From NCBI GenBank assembly GCA_038087875.1, contig CM075996.1:10170001-10234000 (forward strand): a stretch of DNA of 64,000 nucleotides, read 5' to 3'. The stretch comes from Malacoraja senta (lineage: Eukaryota). Both the position numbers and the translations under genes were made by a program. Below are positions 35,171-48,465 of this stretch, piece by piece (positions within the stretch are counted from its first letter, which is position 1; each line of letters starts with the position of its first letter). The notes beneath the pieces were generated by a model. The model saw only the letters and a list, made by a program, of their open reading frames with translations. It ran no database searches and was not told the origin of the DNA.

Positions 35171-35952
35171 GACCTAAACGAGGTCAATTCTGTAGGAGAA
35201 TCAACAGTCATATATCAAAATTAAACTTAATCAAAAAATGTAAACAAGGAATATAATGCAGGAGTTATGACACAAAAAGCTGGAGTAACTCAGCAGGTCA
35301 GACTGCATCTCTGGAGAAAAGGGTTTTCCCCTGACTCTCAGTGTGAAGTAAGGTCTTGACCCAAAACACCGCCTATTCCTTTTCGCCAGAGATGCTGCCT
35401 GTCCCGCTGAGTTACTCCAGCATTTTGTCTATCTTCAGTGTAAACAAAAGACAGCTGTGTTATCATTTTAGTGACATTAGTGTTATGAAAATACCTTATC
35501 CTAGGCAGGCTCTCTTGTTAGAAACCTGGAGAATTGTCTGGTCAGAGCCTGATTATGAAAGACTGCTACTTCACAGAAAGGCATTGAGTTATATTGAAGG
35601 TTATTAGGGGTGGAAACACAACTGACATACTAAAACATAATTATCATCTGAGATATTCCTCCACACACAACTGAAACAGAGAAAAACCCTGCAAATATTT
35701 GCATATATTCAAAGACCTGTTAAAACAGCGCTGGTCAATTTAATGACTGACGCAATATATGCAAAATAAACGAACAAGTTAAGGCTTAAAAAGTCCCTGT
35801 ATTTTAAAAGATTAAAACGGTTTGAAAAGATTGTGATCGATTTTTTAAAGTGCTTTAAAGTCAATAATCTATCTGAAATTCTTCTAACGAGCCCATTCTG
35901 TTGGCTTTTCATTATCACTTAATCACTGAAGGGGTGGGGAAGCCTTTTCATT

Positions 35953-36250
35953 TCGTTTAGTTTAGTTTAGAGATACAGCGTGGAAACAGGCCCTTCGGCC
36001 ATCTGAGTCTACACCAACCAGCGATCCCCGCACATTAACGCTATCCTACACTAGGGACAATTTTACATTTATACCAAGCCAATTCACCTACAAATCTGTA
36101 TCTATTTGGAGTGTGGGAGGAAACCAAAGATCTCAGGGGAAAACCCACGCAGGTCATGGGGAGATGGTAAAACTCCATACTGACAAGCACCCATAGTCAG
36201 GATCGAACCGTGGTCTCTGGTGCTGTAAGGCAGCAACTCCACCGCTGCTC
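35953..36250 (-). mobile_element. V-SINE (HE1-like)
   Basis: (taaac)n tail, core, B box. Confidence 0.85.
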
Positions 36251-36319
36251 AGGGTCGATGTTAAGTTCACAAGTCTAAGGTGAAATGCAGATAAAGGGTT
36301 GGCTCACTTTCCCACACTG

Positions 36320-36862
36320 AGGCCCATAAGACCACACCTTGAGTATTGTGTGTAGTTTTGGTCTCCTAATTACGAGGAAGGACATTCTTGCTATTGAGGG
36401 AGTGCAGCATAGGTTCATCAGGCTAATTCTGGGATGGCAGAACTGACATATGATGAAAGAATGGAGCGATTGGGCTTACAGTATACTCACTGGAATTTAG
36501 AAGGATGAGAGGAGATTATAGAAACATACAATTCTGAAGGGATTGGACAGGCTAGATGCAGGAAAAATGTTCCTGATGTTGGGGGAGTCCAGAACCAGGG
36601 GTCACAGTTTCAAGAATAAGGGTAGGCCATTTAGGAATGAGATCAGGAAAAACTTTTTCACCCAGATAGTTATGAATCTGTGCAATTCTCCGCCACAGAA
36701 GGCAGTTAAGGCCAATTCACTGGGTGTATTCAAGAGAGAGTTAGATTTAGCTCTTCGGGTTAACGGAATCAAGGGATATGGGGAGAAAGCAGGATCGGGG
36801 TATTGATTTTGGATGATCAGCCATGATCATATTGAATGACCACCTTCTTCTATGTTTCTATA
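36320..36862 (+). mobile_element. CR1 3' fragment
   Basis: DRLDAGKMF...GEKAGSGY. Confidence 0.85.
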
Positions 36863-36967
36863 TATAAGAGGCCCAGCAACAGAAAATAACTTGCAACCCC
36901 TTGGCAAATCACCAGCAATGGCTTTGCAATTTCACCCATACACGCTCAGAGTTCCCTGCCTTACAAT

Positions 36968-37885
36968 TCCTTTCAGGTGAGGCAGAGGTTCATTTGCACC
37001 TCCTCCAGCCTCATCTACTGTATCCGCCGTTCTAGGTGTGGACTCCAATATATTGGTGAGACCAAGCGCAGGTTCGGCGATCGTTTCGCTGATCACCTCC
37101 GCTCAGTCGGCCTAAACCTACCTGATCTCCCGGTTGCCAAGCACTTTAATCCCCCTCCCATTCCAACACTGTTCTTTCTGCCCTGGGCCTCCTCCATTGT
37201 CAGAGTGAGGCTCAGCGCTAATTGGAGGAACAGCATCTCATATTTCGCTTGGGCAGTTTACACCCCAGCAGTATGAACATTGACTTCTCTAATTTCAAGT
37301 AACCCTAGTGTAGGAAGGAACTGCAGATGCTTGTTCACACCGAAGATGGACACAAAATGCTGCAGTAACTCAGCGGGGCAGGCAGCATCTAAGGATAGAA
37401 GGAAGGTGACATTTCGGATCAAGACCCTTCTTTGGTCTGAAGAAGCATCTCTGGATAGAAGGAATGGGTTACATTTCGGGTCGAGACCCTTCTTTTGACT
37501 GAAAAAGGCTCTCGACCAAAACGTCACCTTTCTTCTATCTAGAGATGCTGAGTTACTCCAGCATTTTATGTCTATCTTCAAGTAACCCTTGCTTTCCCTC
37601 TCTCTCCATTCCTCCTCCAACCCTTCACTGTCCCTTGATTAAATTTGACATTGTATGCCTCGTTGACAACTTCCCCTCTGCTAACAATGATCCATTTCAC
37701 ATTTTCCTTGAGCTTTGTCCCCTTTGATCTCTCGTTTTCACACCTTATCCTTCATTATCTCTGTGTCTCCCTCTCTGCTGACAGGCTGAAGGAGGGCGTC
37801 GACCCAAAATGGCACCCATTCCTTCTCTCCAGAGATGCTGCCTGTCCCCGTTGAGTTACTCCTGCATTTAGTGTCTATCTTCAAA
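36968..37885 (+). mobile_element. Penelope-like element 3' part (GIY-YIG endonuclease plus terminal repeat with hammerhead motif)
   Basis: CTSSSLIYCIRRSRCGLQYIGETKRRFGDRFADH; terminal ctgaaggagggcgtcgacccaaaa; nested fold-back unit 37307-37576. Confidence 0.85.
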
Positions 37886-38173
37886 GAATATAACTTGTAC
37901 CCCCAATGCAAATCACCAGCAATGGCTTTGCAATTTCACACATGCATGCACAAAACTCCTTGGCTTGCAAGACAATGGTACGAACATTGAATTTTCCAAA
38001 TTCAAATAGCACCTCCTCCAATCATCCCATATTTTCCCGTCCCCACTCCCATGCATACCTCTCACCATATCCCTCCCCCTTGGTCACTATGCTCCTACCC
38101 CCTCCTTACTGCACTTCATGTTCATAAGTCATGGGAGAATTAGACCATTCGGCCCATGGAGTCTACTCCACCA

Positions 38174-40175
38174 GGGTAGCAAACGTAACCCCACTTTTTA
38201 AGAAGGGAGGGAGAGAGAAAACGGGGAATTACAGACCAGTTAGTCTAACATCGGTATTGGGGAAACTGCTAGTCAGTTATTAAAGATGGGATAGCAGCAC
38301 ATTTGGAAAGTGGTGAAATCATTGGACAAAGTCAGCATGGATTTACGAAAGGTAAATCGTGTCTGACGAATCTTATAGAATTTTTCGAGGATGTAACTAG
38401 TAGAGTGGATAGGGGAGAACCAGTGGATGTGTTGTATCTGGACTTTCAGAAGGCTTTCGACAAGGTACCACATAAGAGATTAGGATACAAACTTAAATCA
38501 CACGGTATTGGGGGTTCAGTATTGATGTGGATAGAGAACTGGCTGGCAAACAGGAAGCAAAGAGTAGGAGTAAACGGGTCCTTTTCACAATGGCAGGCAG
38601 TGACTAGTGGGGTACCGCAAGGCTCAGTGCTGGGACCCCAGCTATTTACAATTTATATTAATGATCTGGACGAGGGAATTGAAAGCAACATCTCCAAGTT
38701 TGCGGATGACACTAAGCTGGGGGGCAGTGTTAGCTGTGAGGAGGATGCTAGGAGACTGCAAGGTGACTTGGATAGGCTGGGTGAGTGGTCAAATGTTTGG
38801 CAGATGCAGTATAATGTGGATAAATGTGAGGTTATCCACTTTGGTGGCAAAAACGGGAAGGCAGACTATTATCTAAATGGTGGCCGATTAGGAAATGGGG
38901 AGATGCAGCGAGACCTGGGTGTCATGGTACACCAGTCATTGAAAGTAGGCATGCAGGTGCAGCAGGCAGTGAAGAAAGCAAATGGTATGTTGGCCTTCAT
39001 ATCAAGAGGATTTGAGTATAGGAGCAGGGAGGTTCTACTGCAGTTGTACAGGGTCTTGGTGAGACCACACCTCGAGTATTGCGTACAGTTTTCGTCTCCA
39101 AATCTGAGGAAGGACATTATAGCCATAGAGGGAGTGCAGAGAAGGTTCACCAGACTGATTCCTGGGATGTCAGGACTTTCATATGAAGAAAGACTGGATA
39201 GACTTATACATAGATACATAGAAAATAGGTGCAGGAGTAGGCCATTCGGCCCTTCGAGCCTGCACCGCCATTCAATATGATCATGGCTGATCATCCAACT
39301 CAGTATCCCGTACCTGCCTTCTCTCCATACCCCCTGATCCCTTTAGCCACAAGGGCCACATCTAACTCCCTCTTAAATATAGCCAATGAACTGGCCTCAA
39401 CTACCCTCTGTGGCAGAGAGTTCCAGAGATTCTCTGTGTGAAAAAGTTTTTCCTCATCTCGGTCTTAAAGGATTTCCCCCTTATCCTTAAGCTGTGACCC
39501 CTTGTCCTGGACTTCCCCAACAGCGGGAACAATCTTCCTGCATCTAGCCTGTCCAACCCCATAAGAATTTTGTACGTTTCTATAAGATCCCCTCTCAATC
39601 TCCTAAATTCTAGTGAGTATAAGCCAAGTCTATCCAGTCTTTCTTCATATGAAAGTCCTGACATCCCAGGAATCAGTCTGGTGAACCTTCTCTGCACTCC
39701 CTCTATGGCTATAATGTCCTTCCTCAGATTTGGAGACCAAAACTTGGCTTATACTCGCTGGAATTTAGGAGATTGAGAGGGGATCTTTTAGAAACGTACA
39801 AAATTCTTATGGGGTTGGACAGGCTAGATGGAGGAAGATTGTTCCCGATGTTGGGGAAGTCCAGGACAAGGGGTCACAGCTTAAGGATAAGGGGGAAATC
39901 CTTTAAGACCGAGATGAGGAAAAACTTTTTCACACAGAGAGTGGTGAATCTCTGGAACTCTCTGCCACAGAGGGTAGTTGAGGCCAGTTCATTGGCTATA
40001 TTTAAGAGGGAGTTAGATGTGGCCCTTGTGGCTGAAGGGATCAGGGGGTATGGAGAGAAGGCAGGTACGGGATACTGAGTTGGATGATCAGCCATGATCA
40101 TATTGAATGGCGGTGCAGGCTCGAAGGGCCGAATGGCCTACTCCTGCACCTATTTTCTATGTTTCTATGTTTCTA
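38174..40175 (+). mobile_element. CR1 subfamily A RT half, interrupted
   Basis: RT ORF 38303-39205 resumes at 39746. Confidence 0.95.
39206..39741 (-). mobile_element. CR1 subfamily A 3' end nested antisense in the same subfamily
   Basis: ACTT at both flanks; has its own (tctatgta)n tail. Confidence 0.9.
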
Positions 40176-41060
40176 TTCTTTCCCTCTCAACCCCATTCTC
40201 CTGCCTTCTCCCCATAACCCCTGACAATTGTACTAATCAAGAATCTATCAATCTCCACCTTAAAGTTACCCAATGACTTGTCCTCCACAGATGTTTGTGT
40301 CAATTAATTCCACAAATTCGCCACCCTCTGGCTGACAAAATTTCTCCTCATTCCCTTTCTATCCCTTATCTCCCAACTTCCTAGTCTCCCATTTCCTTCT
40401 TCTATCCCATTTTTCCCCCTGTCCCCTTCCACTTATACCCCTTCCTCCAGCTTTACATTTCACCCCTTCATGCAATTGTGTAAGTGCTTGAAGTTCAGTA
40501 CACGCCTGTTAAAATGCAAATGATGATGATGTTGCACTGTGCTAGTTGATCATGTCATAACTTCATAGGTTCTCAAAGCAGAATAATGCCATTCGGCCCC
40601 TCAAGTCTACTACGCCATTCAATCATGGCTGATCTATCTTTCCTTCTCAACCCCATTCTCCTGCCTTCGCCCCATAAACTCTGACACCCCTAAATCGAGA
40701 ATTTGTCAATCTCTGTTAAAAATATCCATTGTCTTTCACCCCAGTCTTTGTTGCCTTTTCCACCCATTTGCCAATTAACCTCCCCATCTCCCTTCACCTG
40801 TATCCACCAATTACTTAAGATAGACACAAGAAGCTGGAGTAACTCAGCAGGTCAGACAGCATCTCTGGAGAAAACGAGTAGGTGACGTTTCGTGTCGAGA
40901 TCCTTCGGTCTGTGTGACCCGCTGAGTTACTCCGGCTTTTTGTATCCATCTTCGGTTTAAACCAGCATCTGCAGTTCCTTCCTCCACCTATTACTTGCCA
41001 GACTTTGTCCTGACCCCACTCCTCCTTTCCAATTTTCTCCCCCCCCCCCCCCCCTTCAAT

Positions 41061-41657
41061 CATAGAAACATAGAAACATAGAAAATAGGTGCAGGCCCTT
41101 CGAGCCTGCACCGCCATTCAATATGATCATGGCTGATCATCCAACTCAGTATCCTGTACCTGCCTTCTCTCCATACCCCCTGATCCCTTTAGCCACAAGG
41201 GCCACATCTAACTCCCTCTTAAATATAGCCAATGAACTGGCCTCAACTACCTTCTGTGGCAGAGAATTCCACAGATTCACCACTCTCTGTGTGAAAAATG
41301 ATTTTCTCATCTCGGTCCTAAAAGACTTTCCCCTTATCCTTAAACTGTGACCCCTTGTTCTGGACTTCCCCAACATCGGGCACAATCTTCCTGCATCTAG
41401 CCTGTCCAACCCCTTAAGAATCTTGTAAGTTTCTATAAGATCCCCCCTCAATCTTCTAAATTCTAGCGAGTACAAGCCGAGTCTATCCAGTCTTTCTTCA
41501 TATGAAAGTCCTGCCATCCCAGGAATCAGACTGGTGAACCTTCTCTGTACTCCCTCTATGACAGGAATGTCTTTCCTCAGATATGGCAAGAATGTCTTTC
41601 CTCAGATTGGCAAGAATGTCTTTCCTCAGATATGGCAAGAATGTCTTTCCTCAGATC
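41061..41657 (-). mobile_element. CR1 subfamily A 3' fragment with tandem reiteration at its 5' junction
   Basis: ORF 41146-41589; four copies of ggcaagaatgtctttcctcagat. Confidence 0.9.
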
Positions 41658-41876
41658 AGCCTGATAAACGGTCCCGCCTCAAAACGTCGTCTGCCCATTC
41701 CCTCCACAGATGCTGCCTGACCCGCTGAGTTCCTGTGCACTTTGCTCGGATTCCAGAATCTGCAGTCTCCTGTGTTTCTCAAAACTGCTGCAAGTTACAC
41801 GAAGTGAATGTGTATAAAAGAGAAACTGATAATCTGACGGTTTTAAGTTATCCAACAAAAAGACAGTCCATCATTC

Positions 41877-42096
41877 CTATTGTGTAGGAAGGAACTACAG
41901 ATGCTGGTTTAAACCGCAGATAGACACAAAATGTAACTCAGCAGGACAGGCAGCGTATCTGGAGAGCAGGAATAGGTGACGTTTCGGGTTGATATCTTAC
42001 TCAAGAGTCTGAAGAAGGGTCTCGACCCGAAATGTCACCCATTCCTTCTCTCCAGAGATGCTGCCTGTCCCTCTCAGTTACTCCAACATTTTGAAG
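41877..42096. mobile_element. Fold-back Penelope-derived hammerhead unit
   Basis: Inverted arms; CCATCATTC at 41868-41876 and 42097-42105. Confidence 0.7.
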
Positions 42097-42464
42097 CCAT
42101 CATTCTTTTCCACTTTCATTAAGCTTCTGACTATGCTGTTAAATTTGTGCTGCTAAGTTGTTAGCTTAAATTCTAAATAAAAAACTTTCTAAATTTATGA
42201 CCTGCTTCAAAATGAGGAAGTTAAAGGCTTTCAACTCAGGTCCCTGCTTGTCTGTTTGTTCATTTGTATATGGATATGTGTGTGCCTGGTTTGTGTATTT
42301 GTGTATCTGAGCATGCCTTGTATATGTTTGTGTGTGTTCCGTGTGTGTGCGTGCCACATGAGCGTACCTATGTGTGCATTATGTCTAGATGGATACAAAA
42401 TGCTGGAGTAACTCAGCGGGACAGGCAGCATCTCTGGAGAGAAGGAATGGGTGATGTTTTGGGC

Positions 42465-44215
42465 ATATAACCATATAACCATATAACAATTACGGCACGG
42501 AAACAGGCCATCTCGGCCCTTCTAGTCCGTGCCGAACACTTATTCTCCCCTAGTCCCATCTACCTGCACTCAGACCATAACCCTCCATTCCTTTCATAGA
42601 AACATAGAAAATAGGTGCAGGTGTAGGCCATTCGGCCCTTCGATCCTGCACCGCCATTCAATATGATCACGGCTGATCATCCAACTCCTGTACCAGCTTT
42701 CTCTCCATACCCCCTGATCCCTTTAGCCACAAGGGCCACATCTAACTCCCTCTTAAATATAGCCAATGAACTGGCCTCAACTCCCGTCCATATACCTATC
42801 CAATTTATTTTTAAATGATAAAATCGAACCTGCCTCCACCACTTCCACTGGAAGTTCATTCCACACAGCCACCACTCTCTGAGTAACGAGGTTCCCCCTC
42901 ATGTTACCCCTAAACCTCTGTCCCTTAATTCTCAAATCATGTCCTCTTGTTTGAATCTTCCCTACTCTCAATGGAAAAAGCTTATCCACGTCAACTCTGT
43001 CTATCCCTCTCATCATTTTAAAGACCTCTATCAAGTCCCCCTTAACATTCTGCGCTCCAAAGAATAAAGACCTAACTTGTTCAACCTTTCTCTGTAACTT
43101 AGTTGCTGAAACCCAGGCAACATTCTAGTAAATCTCCTCTGTACTCTCTCTATTTTGTTGACATCTTTATTATAATTTGGCGACCAAAATTGTACACCAT
43201 ACTCCAGAATTGGCCTCACCAATGCCTTGTACAATTATACCATTACATCCCAACTTCTATACTCAATGCTCTGATTTATAAAGGCCAGCCCACCAAAAGC
43301 TTTCTTTACCACCCTATCTACATGAGATTCCACCTTCAGGGAACTATGCACAGTTATTCCTAGATCCCTCTGTTCAACTGCATTCCTCAATTCTCTACCG
43401 TTTACCATGTACGTCCTATTTTGATTTGTCCTGCCAAGATGTAGCACCTCACACTTATCAGCATTAAACTCCATCTGCCATCTTTCAGCCCACTCTTCCA
43501 AATGGCCTAAATCTCTCTGTAGACTTTGAAAATCTACTTCATTATCCACAACACCACCTATCTTAGTATCATCTACATACTTACTAATTCAATTTACCAC
43601 ACCATCATCCAGATCATTGATGTATATGACAAACAAGAGTGGACCCAACATAGATCCCTGAGGCACCCCACTAGTCACTGGCCTCCAAACTGACAAACAG
43701 CCATCCACCATTACTCTCTGGCATCTCCCATTCAGCCACTGTTGAATCCATCTTGCTACTCCACCATTAATACCCAACAATTTAATCTTCTTAACCAACC
43801 TTCCATGAGGAACCTTGTCAAAGGCCTTACTGAAGTCCATATAGACAACATCCACTGCTTTACCCTCATCAATTTCCCTAGAAACCTCTTCAAAAAATTC
43901 AAGAAGATTAGTCAAACATGACCTTCCAGGCACAAATCCGTTGGCTGTTCCTAATCAGACCATGTTTATCCAGATGCTTATATATATTATCTCTAAGTAT
44001 CCTTTCCATTAATTTGCCCACCACTGACGTCAAACTAACAGGTCTATAATTGCTAGGTTTATTCTTAGAACCCTTTTTAAACAATGGAACAACATACGTA
44101 GTACGCCAATCCCCCGGCACCATTCCCGTTTCTAATGACATTTGAAATATTTCTGTCATAGCCCCTGCTATTTCTACACTAACTTCTCTCAATGTCCTAG
44201 GGAATATCCTGTCAG
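42465..44215 (-). mobile_element. CR1 subfamily B, with a CR1-A tail nested at 42596-42782
   Basis: Frameshifted RT ORFs; (atggttat)n tail. Confidence 0.9.
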
Positions 44216-45180
44216 GTGACGTTAGGTGACCTTTCATGTCGAGACCCTTCTTCAGACCCGAAACGTCACCCATTCCTTCCATCCAGAGATGCTGTCTGAC
44301 CCGCTGCATTACCCCAGCTTTTTGTGTCTATCGTCAGTGTAAACAAAAGACAGCTGTGTCATCATTTCACTGATGTTTGTTCTCTGCAGTTCCTTCCTGC
44401 ACAGAATGTTACCGGAAATGTAGTCATGAAGCAATTTGGTTGTTGTTCAAAACTTGTGCTTCACGTAAGCAAGGTTTTGTTGTTCTGGACAAAATCCTTG
44501 CAGCTGGAAAGGCTGCAGGAACAAAGGTGATTCAACTCAATGGTTACAATGATCACATCGTGTTTGATATTAATCTCCACACAATTCCCTTGTCAAATAG
44601 AAATGAGGAGTATAATAGGCTGCTAATCCAGATACATAATAATTTTCCTGTCGATAGACACAAAAAGCTGGAGGAGCTCAGCGAGTCAGACAGCATCTCC
44701 AGAGAAAAGGAATAGGTAGACACAAAAAACTGGAATAATTCAGCAGGACAGGCAGTATCTGGAGAGAACTGGTGACGTTTCGGGTTAAAACCCTTCTTCA
44801 GACTGAGAGTCAGGGGAAAGGGGAATGAGAGAGAGAGATGGTGATGTAGAGCGATATAGAACAGTTACTTTTTTGCATATCTTTCATTCATTTGTTCTAT
44901 ATCTTTCTATATCTCTCTATACAAACTAGTTATAATGTGGTAGATGATTTAGGGAACACTATTTGTATTATGTGGGCCCAATTGCTGTAACATAATTTTC
45001 ATCGGGCACAGAAGAACCACTTAAAAGGTAATTTGAAATTGACAAGAAGAAAAAAAAGTTGAGCGTAAAAAACTGTTTCCATGCAACCTCCCTGCAGGAA
45101 TCAGACATCATTGTCTCTTAAGAACACAGTCTCTCATTTTCACCGCATGTGTCCATTGAAATTTACAAGCATTCTCTTCT

Positions 45181-46125
45181 ATATAACCATAACAGCAAGG
45201 AAACAGGCCATCTCGGCCCTTCAAGTCTGTGCCGAACATTTTTTTTAAAATAAATTAAAAATAAATACTTCCCCCTAGTCCCATCTACCTGCACTCAGAC
45301 CATAACCCTCGATTCCTTTCCCGTCCATATACCCATCCAATCTATTTTTAAAGGATAACATCGAACCTGCCTCCACCACTTCCACTGGAAGCTCATTCCA
45401 CACAGCTATCACTCTCTGAGTAAAGAAGTTCCCCCTAATGTTCCCCCTAAACTTCTGTCCCTTAATTCTCAAGTCATGTCCCCTTGTTTGAATCTTCCCT
45501 ACTCTCAATGGGAAAAGTTTATCCACGTCCACTCTGTCTAACCCGCTCATAATTTTAAAGACCTCTATCAAGTCCCCTCTTAACCTTCTGCGTCCAAAGA
45601 ATAAAGACCTAACTTGTTCAACCTTTCTCTGTAACTTAGTTGCTGAAACCCAGGCAACATTCTAGTAAATCTCCTCTGTACTCTCTCTATTTTGTTGACA
45701 TCCTTCCTATAATTAGGCGACCAAAATTGTACTCCATATTCCAGAATTGGCCTCACCAATGCCTTGTACAATTTTAACATTACATCCCAACTTCTATATT
45801 CAATGCTCTGATTTATAAAGGCCAGCACACCAAAAGCTTTCTTTACCACCCTATCTACATGAGATTCCACCTTCAGGGAACTATGCACAGTTATTCCTAG
45901 ATCCCTCTGTTCAACTGCATTCCTCAATTCGCTACCATTTACCGTGTACGTCCTATTTTGATTTGTCCTGCCGAGATGTAGCACCTCACATTTGTCAGCA
46001 TTAAACTCCATCTGCCATCTTTCAGCCCACTCTTCCAAATGGCCTAAATCTCTCTGTAGACTTTGAAAATCTACTTCATTATCCACAACACCACCTATCT
46101 TAGTATCATCTGTATACTTACTATT
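45181..46125 (-). mobile_element. CR1 subfamily B 3' fragment
   Basis: SKYTDDTKIGG...GLSAGRWD. Confidence 0.9.
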
Positions 46126-46589
46126 GACCTTTGTGCACTGATTCTTACCTTTCACCCCACCAACCTTCACATCCCAAACAGAATTTTTCAGCATTTTCAC
46201 CTTCAACGTGATCGCACTTCCTGTCTCATCGTCTGACATCAATCTCCAAGTTCCATAGAGAAAGGCAAGTCAAAGCTCTGTGGGGGAGGACCACAGTCTA
46301 GGCTCCTTCCGCTGCTGGACATTGAGGGGCAGGTGTTGTGGTGATGCCCCTCAAATCAGGAGAGGCAAGGATGCCGGGTATAAGCTTTTGGGTAGAACGT
46401 TTTTTGTGTCTTTCTACAGGAAAATTATTTTGTAACTGGATTAGCAGATTAGATTTTTCAGTCTGAAGAAGGGCCTCGACCCGAAACATCACCTCTTCCT
46501 CTTCTCCGGATATGCTGTCTGTCCCGCTGAGTTACTCCTTGTGTCTAGCTTCGGTTTAAACTAGCATCTGCAGTTCCTTCCTACAGATT

Positions 46590-47095
46590 TCATCTGCTCC
46601 ACTGCAAAATCTCTTCAAATTTGCCCACTTTGAAGACGTTCTCCTCCACTCTCCGATGAGAGTTCTGCAACTCACTTCGGAGGTGCCGCTGAGAAGCTGA
46701 GGCCAGAGTCTCGCGGGATGGAATCCGGGCCTCGCGGGTCTGCGCAGTCTGCGGCCAACGGTCCCTGGGTCTGCGGAGTCCACGGCTGGGTCCCGGGTCA
46801 GTGCCAGGGAGGCGTCTGGACAGGACCCAGCGGTGACAGTGGAGAGGTCGGTGTGGTGACCGATGATGGATGGTGTCGACCGACAGACGAAGGACGGACA
46901 AGCGGAAGTGAGGACACTGCTGCTGGCGAAAGGAACAATGGAGGACCCGGCGTGGAGGGACCGCCGTGGGGGAGGGGGGAAGAACAAAGGGGGACCTACC
47001 ACGAAGGTACTTTGTGACTTTCTCAGTGCCCTTTATGGGTGCCTGTTTGCTTACCTTGGGCATGCAAGCAAAGAATTTCACTTTGCTTGCATACC
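46590..47095 (+). mobile_element. Non-autonomous retroposon, same family as 905-2232
   Basis: Shared body and gcaagcaaagaatttcact tail. Confidence 0.6.
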
Positions 47096-47109
47096 CAAGT
47101 CAGGGTTCG

Positions 47110-47550
47110 ACAAATTGGGAGTATAAGGATGGAGTTAAATGGGAAGAGAGTGCAGGAAAAGTTACGAAAGACACCCGAATTAATGGGACAGAAAGTTCAA
47201 GAAGAGATAAGAGAGTAAAGTCAGGTGAAATAGGAACCGGTATGAGAGGGGAGGTGAATACCGAATTAAAAGTGTTATGTATGAATGTGCGAAATATAAG
47301 AAATAAAGTGGATGAGATTGAGGCTCAGTTAGAAATTGGTAAGTATGCTATAGTAGGAATTACAGAGACAAGGCTGCAAGAGGATCAGAGCTGGGAACTG
47401 AATATTCAGGCATATATGGCCTATCCAAAAGACAGATAGGTGGGTAGAGGTGGTGGGGTGACACTGTTGGTGAGGAATGAAATTCAGTCCCCTACGAGGG
47501 TGACATAGAATCAGAAGATGTAGAGTCATTGTGGATAGAACTGAGAATTG
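47110..47550 (+). mobile_element. CR1 endonuclease fragment
   Basis: LKVLCMNVRNIRNKVDE...VGITET. Confidence 0.8.
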
Positions 47551-47647
47551 TTCAGCTCTTTGTGTCTATATATCTACCTATCATAGTCATAATCATAATC
47601 ATAATCATAATTTATAAGCCATATATATTTTGCAACATACGAGGAAT

Positions 47648-47787
<140 letters not shown>

Positions 47788-48465
47788 GAGATATTTATAT
47801 AGACCGTGCCACCCTTTTATTCTTGACATCTTTCTCCTCGGCAAAAACTGTGATCAAAAGTAAAAAGAAAAAAACAAAAACAAATTTTCATTAATAAGTT
47901 GCCTAAATCAAACCTTATTTACAGTTCATATTTTTTACTAATTCTAAGTAGATCTAATTAATAGGGTTTTTTTTCTTTTTACTTTTTACTAATATTCGAT
48001 TAATATTTTATCATGAGATTAATATTTTATCATAAGAATAATAATTTTTCATTACTGGATCACAAATACTTTGGATCTAAAAATGTTTTTCCCCCTCCCC
48101 TATAAATTGTTTAATTGAAATTTTCTTTTTTTACTAAAGCATGGAGCTAGTAATAATTTTTTTTTCTAAGGCTACAGAAGTCTTTAGATGGTTAGCCATG
48201 CTAGTGTGGCTATCACTAACTACACTGATTGTAGATGTAGTTTTTTTCTTCTCTTTGCACTTTACTAATCATTTATTTTTTCACTTTCTTTATTTTTTAC
48301 CTAATTATAACTTTAATATAGAATTGAATTATTAGTTTTACTTAAGGAGATATGTCCGGGAGGAAGACTTACTAGAACTAAAATTCATCTATCTTGTGTT
48401 CGGGTGTAATGTCGGGTTTAGTGTGCTGAACCATCTGCTCTTTTATAGACCACCCTACCCATAAG

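Noticed and set aside
34640..35705. Immunoglobulin/TCR cluster (CACAGTG at 34642, octamer ATTTGCAT at 35697)
   Set aside because: No correctly spaced nonamer and no V, J or C exon found; isolated short motifs are expected by chance
44377..44715. 112-aa ORF as a host gene
   Set aside because: Begins and ends in repeat-derived sequence; the paralogous copy has a frameshift and a stop
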